A stretch of 64,000 nt of DNA from Vulcanimicrobiota bacterium (GCA_963777315.1 CAVZQC010000004.1:672001-736000), one strand, 5' to 3'; counted from the first letter of the stretch, positions 9,275 through 17,017 are shown. Translations and numbers: made by a program. The notes: generated by a model not told the origin, from the letters alone.

Positions 9275-9952
9275 CTATTGCGTCATCGTCTGATACATGC
9301 GCGGGCAAAGCAGCGTGTCTTCGGGTTTGTCCGCCACGTAATCGATGATGTCTTCATTGACGTTCAACGACACGCTCGAAGGCCACGATCCCATACCGAC
9401 GTACCGCAGTACTTTGGCAGGTACGCGAATGTAATGATAACCCGCATGAGAGTCGGTCAACCGCACTGCGACCACGACGGGCTGGTGTTGTGCGAGCACC
9501 GGCGTATCGAACACGGACGCATAGTATGCGTCCTCGTCGTTTTCGGTGACTACGCCGGCATCGAGAGGATCGCCCACCGCTCCTTTGCATGCGACGGACT
9601 TGTCGAAAACGACTACGGTCGGTTGAACGTACGAGAACGAAAACGGCGCGGTGCCCATGACGAGCGCCGGTACGTCGTTTTGTACCGGCCCCATTTGCGG
9701 AGCGACGGCCAGCGTCCGGTTGTGGTCGGCCAGCACGCTGAAATACACTAGGGAACTGCAAGTTCCGTGCGGCACTTTCACGCTTACTCGTGCGCGGTAA
9801 ATGCCCCACGGAATATCGAATTCGACCGCCGACTCATTCCCGTTCTCGCGCACGAGCTGAAAGGTTTGGTTTACGGCATCGCGGTTGATGCGATCCGTTA
9901 CGGCGAGATGGAGGGGCAGACTGAGTTTGCTCTTTGAGTCGAAGAGCTGCAT
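9275..9952 (-). CDS. Hypothetical beta-rich, Cys-containing protein; true start may be ATG 9992 across a possible indel near 9960
   Basis: 225-aa ORF convergent with the previous gene; upstream ATG 9992 (MALSHVVMHVA) is one base out of frame. Confidence 0.65.
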   Translation of the reverse strand: MQLFDSKSKLSLPLHLAVTDRINRDAVNQTFQLVRENGNESAVEFDIPWGIYRARVSVKVPHGTCSSLVYFSVLADHNRTLAVAPQMGPVQNDVPALVMGTAPFSFSYVQPTVVVFDKSVACKGAVGDPLDAGVVTENDEDAYYASVFDTPVLAQHQPVVVAVRLTDSHAGYHYIRVPAKVLRYVGMGSWPSSVSLNVNEDIIDYVADKPEDTLLCPRMYQTMTQ

Positions 9953-10048
9953 TGCAGAGGGCTACGTGCATTACGACGTGCGAAAGCGCCATGGCGGCTA
10001 GCTTCCACCGGCGCGGGGAAGCCCCTTGGCCGTACGGAATCGTTCGGC

Positions 10049-10315
10049 ATGACCGACGCTCAACGCCTTGCCAAAGCGCTCAACACCATCGCAAACAATC
10101 CGCAATTTTCGTACACCAAAGCTCGGGCAGCCGCTCGAGGCGAGCCGGCCGTCGATTGGGATGCCACAAAACGGCTCAATGCGGACTTCAACGCAGAAGT
10201 CGACGGGTGCGAGTCGTTCGCCATGCGCGACGGGACCGTATGTGAATGGCAGCCCGGCAAGTACCGCTATGCAGCTGAAGTGACGGATACACCGACGTTC
10301 CGGCCGGCAAGATAG
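10049..10315 (+). CDS. Small hypothetical protein
   Basis: 88-aa ORF divergent from the previous gene; would end at ...RYAAE* if the extra base near 10278 is removed. Confidence 0.6.
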   Translation: MTDAQRLAKALNTIANNPQFSYTKARAAARGEPAVDWDATKRLNADFNAEVDGCESFAMRDGTVCEWQPGKYRYAAEVTDTPTFRPAR

Positions 10316-10863
10316 CCAACGTCGTCACGTGCTTGGAGATGCTCGCACGCCCTGCGGCACGCTCGGAGCCGGTTCGTCCCGGCTGCGAGCTGGTGCGCAT
10401 GGCCTCACCCGGCCTCGATTGGTATCGCAAGCTTTTCCGCCGCGTCGGCGAACCGTACTTGTGGTTTTCGCGTCTCACCGTATCCGACGAACAGTTGCAG
10501 CGTGCCATCTGTGACGCGCTTATCGAGATCTACGCCGTTCGCTGCAATAATGAGGACGTAGGCATGGTGGAATTCGACTTTCGAACCGGCGGACAATGCG
10601 AGTTGCTGTATTTCGGTTTGACGCAGCCGCACGTAGGCTGCGGTTTGGGCCGTTGGACGATGAATCGCGCCATCGACATTGCCTGGTCGCATCCGATCCG
10701 CCGCTTTTGGGTGCATACGTGCACGCTCGATCACCCCGGCGCGGTGAGCTTCTACATGCGATCCGGTTTTCGTCCCTTCAAACGCCAGATCGAAATTGCA
10801 GACGACCCGCGCTTAACCGGAGTGCTGCGGCGCGATGCCGTACCCGAGGTGCCCGTGCTCTAG
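10269..10863 (+). CDS. GNAT acetyltransferase, frameshifted near its 5' end
   Basis: ELLYFGL...GCGLGRW, FWVHTCTLDHPGAVSFYMRSGF; in-frame DGYTDVPAGKIANVVTCLEM extends upstream of 10333 and joins ATG 10269 if one A at 10278/9 is deleted. Confidence 0.8.
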
Positions 10864-10880
10864 CGTCCCGAACCATTCGG

Positions 10881-11804
10881 TTACGGAGCCCAAAAACGCG
10901 GCCACTCCAGGGAGATGGCCGCTTCGTAGAGTCGCGGCAAATCCTGGGCCCCGATCAAACTCGCTCCGCCGCCCATCTGCGCACGGAGCCTTGACCCATT
11001 TCGGTTGACCAAACGCTCCAAGAAAATTGCTTCGGGAAGCCAATCGGACTTTTCGTTGTTGCACCGAGCGCAAGCCAAGACGAGATCCCATAGCGGATCC
11101 TCGAGCAAGAACGATCTCGGAATGACGTGATCGACCGTCGGCAGTACCGAGGTTCCAAACGTCTTGCCGCAGTAAAAGCATTCTCCCCGTTCGTCTTGCA
11201 TGAGGATTTGCAGATATTTGGCAAGAGAGGGCCGACGGGGGCCGTCCCGTTCGACCTTTTGAATGATCCGCGGCGCCAGGCGATTGCGCGATTCCAAAAA
11301 ATCCGCCCAATGGTAATTTGCCAACGTTTCTAGTGCGCCGCCGTGCCGTTGCAGGAAGCTGCAAGCCGATGCCGTCATTCGTATTTCACGGTCGCCTTTT
11401 TGCCAATTGTAGAGAAGCGGCATAGACGGTGGACGGCTTTTGTGGAATGCATCGAGCACGTTTATCGTCAGGACCCTTGCCATTTTGGCCTTTACGAGCG
11501 CTTTGCCGGCATCGGGGAGGTCACTGTAGTAGCGAATGTGGTAGTGCTCGGACGTGTGCCGAATTGCTTTTATGACTTCAGCCTCTTTGGTTGTGGCTGA
11601 CGCTTGGCGCAGATGGTACACCGCCGTCTGGTTCCAGTACATCTTCGAGAACTCTTCGCCTATCGCCTCAAGCGATACGGCATGCGAATCGGTGCGCCGC
11701 ACGATGCGAATCAATGCCTTCAGCAGCGCCGGCTTGTAGGAAGCCGACATGGAAGCATGGCGCAGCAAGGATGCAACGTCATTCACGCAATATTCTTGCG
11801 GCAT
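10881..11804 (-). CDS. HNH endonuclease with N-terminal 'SYKxALL' domain
   Basis: CFYCG...TVDHVIPRS...DLVLACARCNNEKSD zinc-binding HNH module; visibly more AT-rich than flanking genes. Confidence 0.88.
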   Translation of the reverse strand: MPQEYCVNDVASLLRHASMSASYKPALLKALIRIVRRTDSHAVSLEAIGEEFSKMYWNQTAVYHLRQASATTKEAEVIKAIRHTSEHYHIRYYSDLPDAGKALVKAKMARVLTINVLDAFHKSRPPSMPLLYNWQKGDREIRMTASACSFLQRHGGALETLANYHWADFLESRNRLAPRIIQKVERDGPRRPSLAKYLQILMQDERGECFYCGKTFGTSVLPTVDHVIPRSFLLEDPLWDLVLACARCNNEKSDWLPEAIFLERLVNRNGSRLRAQMGGGASLIGAQDLPRLYEAAISLEWPRFWAP

Positions 11805-11879
11805 TGGATTGCTACGCCGGCCGTGGCGCGTCGGACGCGCGAACGTGCCCGGTTATCCGGGCGTGCTCTTCAACGAGCC

Positions 11880-12195
11880 GCACATCCGCGACGTTCAAAG
11901 CCTCGATGAGCGTCTCGAGAACGCCGAGGCTACATTCGGAGAGGGAGAGATTCGAACTCTCGAGACGCTGATGTCGGGCGCTTTGCGCCCGCACATCCGC
12001 GACGTTGAAAGCCTCGATGAGCGTCTCGAGAACGCCGAGGCTACATTCGGAGAGGGAGAGATTCGAACTCTCGAGACGCTCATGTCGGGCGCTTTGCGCC
12101 CGCAGCATCCGCGACGTTGAAAGCCTCGATGAGCGTCTCGAGAACGCCGAGGCTACATTCGGAGAGGGAGAGATTCGAACTCTCGAGACGCTCAT
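11880..12195. repeat. tRNA-linked tandem repeat, 111-bp unit, about 2.8 copies
   Basis: Units 11880-11990, 11991-12101 and 12102-12195 (the last runs into the tRNA); each contains the 3' 36 nt of tRNA-Ser(CGA). Confidence 0.95.
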
Positions 12196-12247
12196 CACGT
12201 CTGCCCGCTTTCGAGGCGGGTGCCTTCAACCACTCGACCACCTCTCC
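12160..12247 (-). tRNA. tRNA-Ser(CGA), no encoded CCA
   Basis: GGAGAGG acceptor strand, CCCGC-CT-CGA-AA-GCGGG anticodon arm, long variable arm, GTTCGAATC T-loop, G discriminator. Confidence 0.95.
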
Positions 12248-12307
12248 GTAGCGTACCGCCGACAAAGGACCGCTGATTCGAGGCCCCCTGTGAAATTCTT
12301 TTCGGCG

Positions 12308-12754
12308 TCACCGGCGCTTTCGAAAAAACCGCTGCAGCTGGGCCGCCGCTTCTTGCTCGAGCACGCCGCTCGTGACCTCGACGCGATGATTGAGCGACGG
12401 ATGGCGCACCAGGTCGACCACGCTGCCGCTCGCACCGCCCTTAGGATCGGCGCATCCGTACACCAAACGCTTAATGCGAGCTGCCACCATCGCGCCGGCG
12501 CACATCGCGCACGGTTCCTTGCTCACGTAGATCGTCGCTTCGGAAAGCCGCCACGCTCCCATCGCTTGCGCCGCCTTTTGCAGGGCTAGCATTTCTGCAT
12601 GCGCGGTTGCGTCGCGCCTTTGCTCTTTTTCGTTTTTTGCTTCGACGACGAGATCGCCGCTGACGAGCACGGCACCGATCGGTACGTCACCGCAAGCTTC
12701 TGCCTGCGCCGCCAGCTCCAGCGCGCGTCGGATGTAACGTTCGTCAGGTACCAT
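12308..12754 (-). CDS. tadA: tRNA adenosine(34) deaminase
   Basis: DVPIGAV, DATAHAE, EPCAMCAGAM, DPKGG, LNHR and C-terminal FFRKRR motifs. Confidence 0.93.
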   Translation of the reverse strand: MVPDERYIRRALELAAQAEACGDVPIGAVLVSGDLVVEAKNEKEQRRDATAHAEMLALQKAAQAMGAWRLSEATIYVSKEPCAMCAGAMVAARIKRLVYGCADPKGGASGSVVDLVRHPSLNHRVEVTSGVLEQEAAAQLQRFFRKRR

Positions 12755-12830
12755 GGCGCGGTCGAAGGGATTCGAACCCCCGGCCTCTTCCTTCGGAGGG
12801 AAGCGCTCTATCCAGTCGAGCTACGACCGC
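12754..12830 (-). tRNA. tRNA-Arg(CCG), encoded CCA
   Basis: GCGGTCG acceptor stem, CTTCC-CT-CCG-AA-GGAAG anticodon arm, ends GCCA. Confidence 0.95.
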
Positions 12831-12839
12831 ACGAGTACG

Positions 12840-13076
12840 TCAGCGCTGGTTCTCGGGAGAGTTTCCGGCGCTGGGAATGTGTTTGAACAGGTCGAGCTTA
12901 TGGTCGATCAGTCCTCTGTAAAATTTGCGAACGCAATCCGGATGCCCGAAAAAGTACGTGCGCGCGTAGGCCAAATCGTCGCCCGAACTGTCCGGAACGT
13001 AGTGCGATATTTCGATTTCCTCCATCTGATTGCGATCGACGGGATGAGGACAAAAATCGCACGGAATCGTTGACAT
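12840..13076 (-). CDS. Small putative metal-binding protein (CxxC...HxxC)
   Basis: 78 aa, CDFC and HPDC; AAGG upstream of the ATG; fits exactly between two tRNAs. Confidence 0.6.
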   Translation of the reverse strand: MSTIPCDFCPHPVDRNQMEEIEISHYVPDSSGDDLAYARTYFFGHPDCVRKFYRGLIDHKLDLFKHIPSAGNSPENQR

Positions 13077-13166
13077 CGTTGTTCTGCCTTATTAGTCTGA
13101 GCGTCGGTTAGTTGTGCAGGGGCATGGCGACCGCTCCGAATCACGCAACCCGGAGCGGGTGAATTC

Positions 13167-13239
13167 TGACTCGGGTAGGATTCGAACCTACGGCCTAGGG
13201 CTTATGAGTCCCCCGCTCTACCGCTGAGTCTACCGAGCC
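13167..13239 (-). tRNA. tRNA with CAT anticodon, probably Ile2 (lysidine type)
   Basis: GGCTCGG/CCGAGTC acceptor stem, GGGGA-CT-CAT-AA-GCCCT anticodon arm, GTAGGTTCGAATCCTAC T-arm; paired 1:72 so not initiator; one extra base in the D-stem. Confidence 0.8.
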
Positions 13240-13263
13240 GGACACGCTCTGGTTCGACGCTCT

Positions 13264-13292
13264 ACTCTAGCAAGTCCCGGGCGGGCTTTCAA
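13264..13292 (-). promoter_or_regulatory. Sigma70-type promoter for tRNA(CAT)-orf-tRNA-Arg-tadA
   Basis: TTGAAA, 17-nt spacer ending TGC (extended -10), TAGAGT. Confidence 0.7.
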
Positions 13293-13382
13293 GAAGTCGC
13301 GCATCACGAGCGTCATCGTACTCCGTCAATGCGCTGCTGCGTCCATGCGGCAACGTGCGAACCTTCTTGGCGTTCGGAGCTT

Positions 13383-13459
13383 TGGCGCGGTCGGAGGGAC
13401 TCGAACCCCCAACCTACAAGTTCGTAGCCTGTTGCTCTATCCAATTGAGCTACGACCGC
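13383..13459 (-). tRNA. tRNA-Arg(ACG), encoded CCA
   Basis: GCGGTCG acceptor stem, ACAGG-CT-ACG-AA-CTTGT anticodon arm. Confidence 0.95.
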
Positions 13460-13523
13460 ACAGCCGCGAACGTTTGGTCGCGGTTTCTTTTATTCCCTTC
13501 GCTGAGCCGCGTCGCGCACGCCG

Positions 13524-13615
<92 letters not shown>

Positions 13616-13628
13616 GCGACCGCCGACC

Positions 13629-13637
13629 ACTATACCA
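13629..13637 (-). promoter_or_regulatory. Extended -10 promoter of the tRNA cluster
   Basis: TG-G-TATAGT 13 nt upstream of tRNA-Ser(GCT). Confidence 0.6.
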
Positions 13638-13655
13638 CAGAGCGAGCGTGCAGCC

Positions 13656-14189
13656 CTAGCGTCGATCTGACGGAGGCGGCTCCTCGACCACCTCAGGGAC
13701 GATCACCGGTCCCCTGCGCGCCGGCGGCCGGTACAGCAGCGAATCCACGCCCGCGACGCGACCCGCCGGCACCGCAAGCATGAGAAACGAAAGCACGAAC
13801 GCAACCGCGTCCAGCGATCCGATCGTGGTCCAGGAAGCAAACTCGCCTTGGATCGCCATGTAGTTGAGCGCCAAAAAGCATCCGACAAGACCGCCGAAAC
13901 GCGTGAAGATGCCCAGCAGCAGCACGCAGCCCGTGCATACCTCGCCTAAGCGAACCAATTCGGCGAATATGGTAATGTTCGGCCCGACGACGTTTGCCAA
14001 AAAGTCGTGATAGAAGCCGGTTTGAGCCTGCGTGCCCTTGGCAACGATCATCGCCATGAAACCGTTGGGCGGCATGTACGCTGCGCTGTTGAGGAACTTC
14101 GGAATTCCATGCGCGAGCCAGAAGATGCCGGCGTAGATGCGCAGCGCCGTGAACCAGCCGGCGTACGTCCAATGCGATGCCATTCTCAT
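13656..14189 (-). CDS. DoxX/DoxD-family membrane protein
   Basis: LRIYAGIFWLAHGIPKF, GEVCTG.VLLLGIFTR, GVDS motifs; four hydrophobic segments. Confidence 0.85.
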   Translation of the reverse strand: MRMASHWTYAGWFTALRIYAGIFWLAHGIPKFLNSAAYMPPNGFMAMIVAKGTQAQTGFYHDFLANVVGPNITIFAELVRLGEVCTGCVLLLGIFTRFGGLVGCFLALNYMAIQGEFASWTTIGSLDAVAFVLSFLMLAVPAGRVAGVDSLLYRPPARRGPVIVPEVVEEPPPSDRR

Positions 14190-15328
14190 GCAATGTCTTC
14201 TCTCTGTGCGCGCTGGGTCTCCGCCGACCGGATCGCGCCGGCGATTTTTTCGGCTGCGTCCGGCTTGCCGAGCAAATGCATCGCAGCCCGCATTTGGCTC
14301 AATTTCTCCTCGCTGGCCAGGAGCGACTGCACCGCGCGCGTCAGATCGCGCCCGCTCTTTGCGCGCAGCGCCGCGCGCCGCTGCACCAAATACCTGGTAT
14401 TGCGTTCTTCTTGCCCCGGCAGCGGTTTGAACAGCACCATCGGCAGGCGCGCCGCCAGCGCTTCAGCCGAGGTCAAGCCTCCCGGCTTCGTCAGCAGCAC
14501 GTCGCTGGCGTGCATGTAGTCGTGCACGTTGTTCACGAACCGCACGACCCTGACGGGATAGCGAACGCGATTCGCATATTCCAAAACGCGCTGCTCGGAG
14601 CGCAGGCTTCTGCCGACTATTGCAACCGCGCACAACGGCACGGTCACGCGTTCGAGCGCCTGCATCATCGTTTCGAGCGGCGCGATGCCCAGGCCGCCCC
14701 CCATCAGCAGAGCGATGCGCCGGTCGCATGGCAAACCCAACCGCTCGCGCAAATCGTTCCGGGCGGATGCCGTACTGCCGAAAGCCGCTCTGACGGGAAT
14801 GCCGGAAACGACGATTCGCCCATACGGTATGCCGCGCGCCATCAGCGTGGCCCGCATTTCTTCGGTGGCGACTGCGTACGTTTCGATATTTGAGTGAATC
14901 CAGAACGCGTGCACGACGAAGTCCGTCACCACGCCCACGACGGGCGGCGCGTCCGCGAATTGTCTCTTGTACTCGGCCATGACCCCGCAGGGGAACGCGT
15001 GAGTGCACACGACCACGTCGGGTCGCCACTCCACCAGCAGCGAACGCAGATTGCCTGCCGTGAACTGGTGCGCCCACGCTCGAAACGGCCCCACTTCGGT
15101 CGCGCGTTCGGCGCGGTTGTAAAGAAAACGGTACATCTGCGGAATCGTCCGCACCATGCGCAGGTAGCCGCCCGAAACCACGCGCGAGACCACGAATGCC
15201 GCGTACGCATACGAATCGACGACCCGAGCTTCGAATGCCGGATCGGCTTGCGCAAGCGCAGCCTGAAGCGCGTTTGCCGCCGAGGTATGCCCGACGCCCA
15301 CGTTGGCCGACAGGAACAGCGCGCGAAT
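14186..15328 (-). CDS. MGDG-synthase/UgtP-like diacylglycerol glycosyltransferase (GT28)
   Basis: G.GHTSAA, PDVVVCTHAFP, VVTDF..H..W, GIPV, TKPGGLT..EA, PGQEERN; first strand IRALFLSA lies upstream of the ORF-track start, implying an ATT start at 15328. Confidence 0.88.
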   Translation of the reverse strand: MRALFLSANVGVGHTSAANALQAALAQADPAFEARVVDSYAYAAFVVSRVVSGGYLRMVRTIPQMYRFLYNRAERATEVGPFRAWAHQFTAGNLRSLLVEWRPDVVVCTHAFPCGVMAEYKRQFADAPPVVGVVTDFVVHAFWIHSNIETYAVATEEMRATLMARGIPYGRIVVSGIPVRAAFGSTASARNDLRERLGLPCDRRIALLMGGGLGIAPLETMMQALERVTVPLCAVAIVGRSLRSEQRVLEYANRVRYPVRVVRFVNNVHDYMHASDVLLTKPGGLTSAEALAARLPMVLFKPLPGQEERNTRYLVQRRAALRAKSGRDLTRAVQSLLASEEKLSQMRAAMHLLGKPDAAEKIAGAIRSAETQRAQREDIA

Positions 15329-15606
15329 TACTCCTCCCCCTCGGGGCCGGCCTCTTCGGCCAACACGAAAAAGTCGTCGAGTATCTCTTGAGCGAGATCG
15401 TCGTCGTCGAGCATCTCGCCCTTGACGTCGCTCACGACGAATTCGTCTTCCTGTTCGCAGTACAGGACTGCGTACTGGGTATTCTCCTCATCTTCAACCA
15501 AGCCCACGACTTCGAACTCGAGCTGTTTGTCGTCGGTGGTTTGAATGACCAGCACGTCGCGCAGCTCCAGGGCTTGCTGCTGGCCGGATTCGCCGTTGGT
15601 CGACAT
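15328..15606 (-). CDS. DUF1292 (YrzB-like) acidic protein
   Basis: Very acidic 92 aa, 'LEFEVVGLVE...YAVL'; GGGAG RBS; next to ruvX/mltG as in Firmicutes. Confidence 0.8.
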   Translation of the reverse strand: MSTNGESGQQQALELRDVLVIQTTDDKQLEFEVVGLVEDEENTQYAVLYCEQEDEFVVSDVKGEMLDDDDLAQEILDDFFVLAEEAGPEGEE

Positions 15607-15616
15607 CGTGGTCTCC

Positions 15617-16603
15617 CTACTTCAGATACTTGGCGATGTTGGCATTCTGCTCCGCCAGGGTCTTTGCGAAGGCGTGGTGCCCATTCCCCTTATAGACGTA
15701 ATAAAGATAGGGCGAAGGCTGTGGGTTGAACGCCGCCCACAGCGACGGCTTGCCCGGGTTGGCGATAGGCGTGGGAGGTAAACCCGCATGCCGGTACGTG
15801 TTGTAGGGCGAATCCAATTTCAAATCGTCGTAGGTGATGACGTTATGGTGCTCGGGAAGCGCATATTCGATCGTGGCATCGACTTCGAGCGGCATCCCGA
15901 TTCGCAACCGGTTATAGTACACGCCCGCCATGAGCGCGCGCTCGTCGTCAGCTTTTGCCTCGCGCTCGATGAGCGAGGCCAGAATGACGACTTGGGGAAC
16001 CGTAAGGCCATGCGCGCGCGCTTTCCGCACTGCGTCGCGCGGCAGCTCTTTATAGAATTGCGCGGTCATGATTCGCTCGACCATCTTGGGCGTGGCCCCT
16101 ATGGGAATGAGGTAGGTGCTGGGAAACAGATATCCTTCAAGGTTTTTGGTGCGCGTGCCGCCGACGACGATCGACGTGCGCATGAACGCCGAGTAATACG
16201 CTTGCTCCGATCCGAAGCCTTCGTCGGAAAGACGCTGCGCGATCTGCATGGCCGTAAAACCTTCGGGAATCGTCACCCATTGCGCCACCTGGGCGCCCCC
16301 GCTTTCGAGCCGGCGTAAGACTTCGTCGGCGCTTTGATGCGGCGAGAAGCGGAATTCGCCCGCGTGCGCTTGCGTGTCGGCATGGCGAAGCTTCGCGTAC
16401 AAGCGAAACGCCGTCGCATTTCCGATGATTCCGGCCTGCGCGAGCTGCGATGCGATATCGTGAAAGGTGGCGCCGCGCGGAACGACGATCGAGGTGCTGC
16501 GCGCGGGATGCGACCGATCGGAGAATATTTCGTATGCAAAGAGCGCCGCTATTACGGCGGCTGCAGCAAGGACGACCCCGAGCACCACGCTAGCGGCGCG
16601 CAA
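15617..16603 (-). CDS. mltG: Endolytic transglycosylase MltG
   Basis: VTIPEG, LEGYLFPSTY, LASLIEREA, SPYNTY...GLPPTPIANPG. Confidence 0.95.
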   Translation of the reverse strand: MRAASVVLGVVLAAAAVIAALFAYEIFSDRSHPARSTSIVVPRGATFHDIASQLAQAGIIGNATAFRLYAKLRHADTQAHAGEFRFSPHQSADEVLRRLESGGAQVAQWVTIPEGFTAMQIAQRLSDEGFGSEQAYYSAFMRTSIVVGGTRTKNLEGYLFPSTYLIPIGATPKMVERIMTAQFYKELPRDAVRKARAHGLTVPQVVILASLIEREAKADDERALMAGVYYNRLRIGMPLEVDATIEYALPEHHNVITYDDLKLDSPYNTYRHAGLPPTPIANPGKPSLWAAFNPQPSPYLYYVYKGNGHHAFAKTLAEQNANIAKYLK

Positions 16604-17009
16604 GGAAGCTCTCCAAAATCAATGCGGCGGCCATTTTGTCGATCACGGCTCTGCGTTTCGCGCGTCGTACGTCGGCGGCGATGAGGCTCTTGGTAGCCTG
16701 CGCGGTTGTCAGCCGTTCGTCCACGCGGTGAATCGCTCCGGAAAACACTCGCCGCAGTTGCTCGACGAATCGATCGATCTGCTGCGCCGCTAGACCGCGC
16801 TCTCCCGACAACGTCACGGGGTCGCCGACGACGATTTCACCGACGGCGTGCTCGCGCACCAGTTCCTGGATTCGCTGCAAATCGGCTTGCAGGTTCGTGC
16901 GATCGATCACGGTCAAAGGCAGCGCGAACGTGCCGCCCGGATCCGCAACGGCCACGCCGATTCGCTTACTGCCCACGTCGAGCGCCAGAACCGCGGGGCG
17001 CGAACCCAT
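16590..17009 (-). CDS. ruvX: Holliday-junction-resolvase-like RuvX/YqgF
   Basis: LALDVGSKRIGVA, VDERLTT, ID.MAAALILE; start trimmed to ATG 17009. Confidence 0.93.
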   Translation of the reverse strand: MGSRPAVLALDVGSKRIGVAVADPGGTFALPLTVIDRTNLQADLQRIQELVREHAVGEIVVGDPVTLSGERGLAAQQIDRFVEQLRRVFSGAIHRVDERLTTAQATKSLIAADVRRAKRRAVIDKMAAALILESFLARR

Positions 17010-17017
17010 CGAGGCCG

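Noticed and set aside
10049..11804. Intact genomic island or prophage at tRNA-Ser
   Set aside because: No integrase and no distal copy of the tRNA 3' end seen beyond the HNH gene.
11880..12195. CRISPR array with a Cas9-like HNH effector
   Set aside because: Units are near-identical along their whole length with no unique spacers; the HNH protein is only 307 aa with no RuvC motifs; no cas genes present.
11749..12198. Repeat-protein ORFs 11749-12120 (+) and 11812-12198 (-)
   Set aside because: They stay open because the unit is 111 bp (37 codons) and they overlap tRNA-derived sequence; no RBS or other coding evidence.
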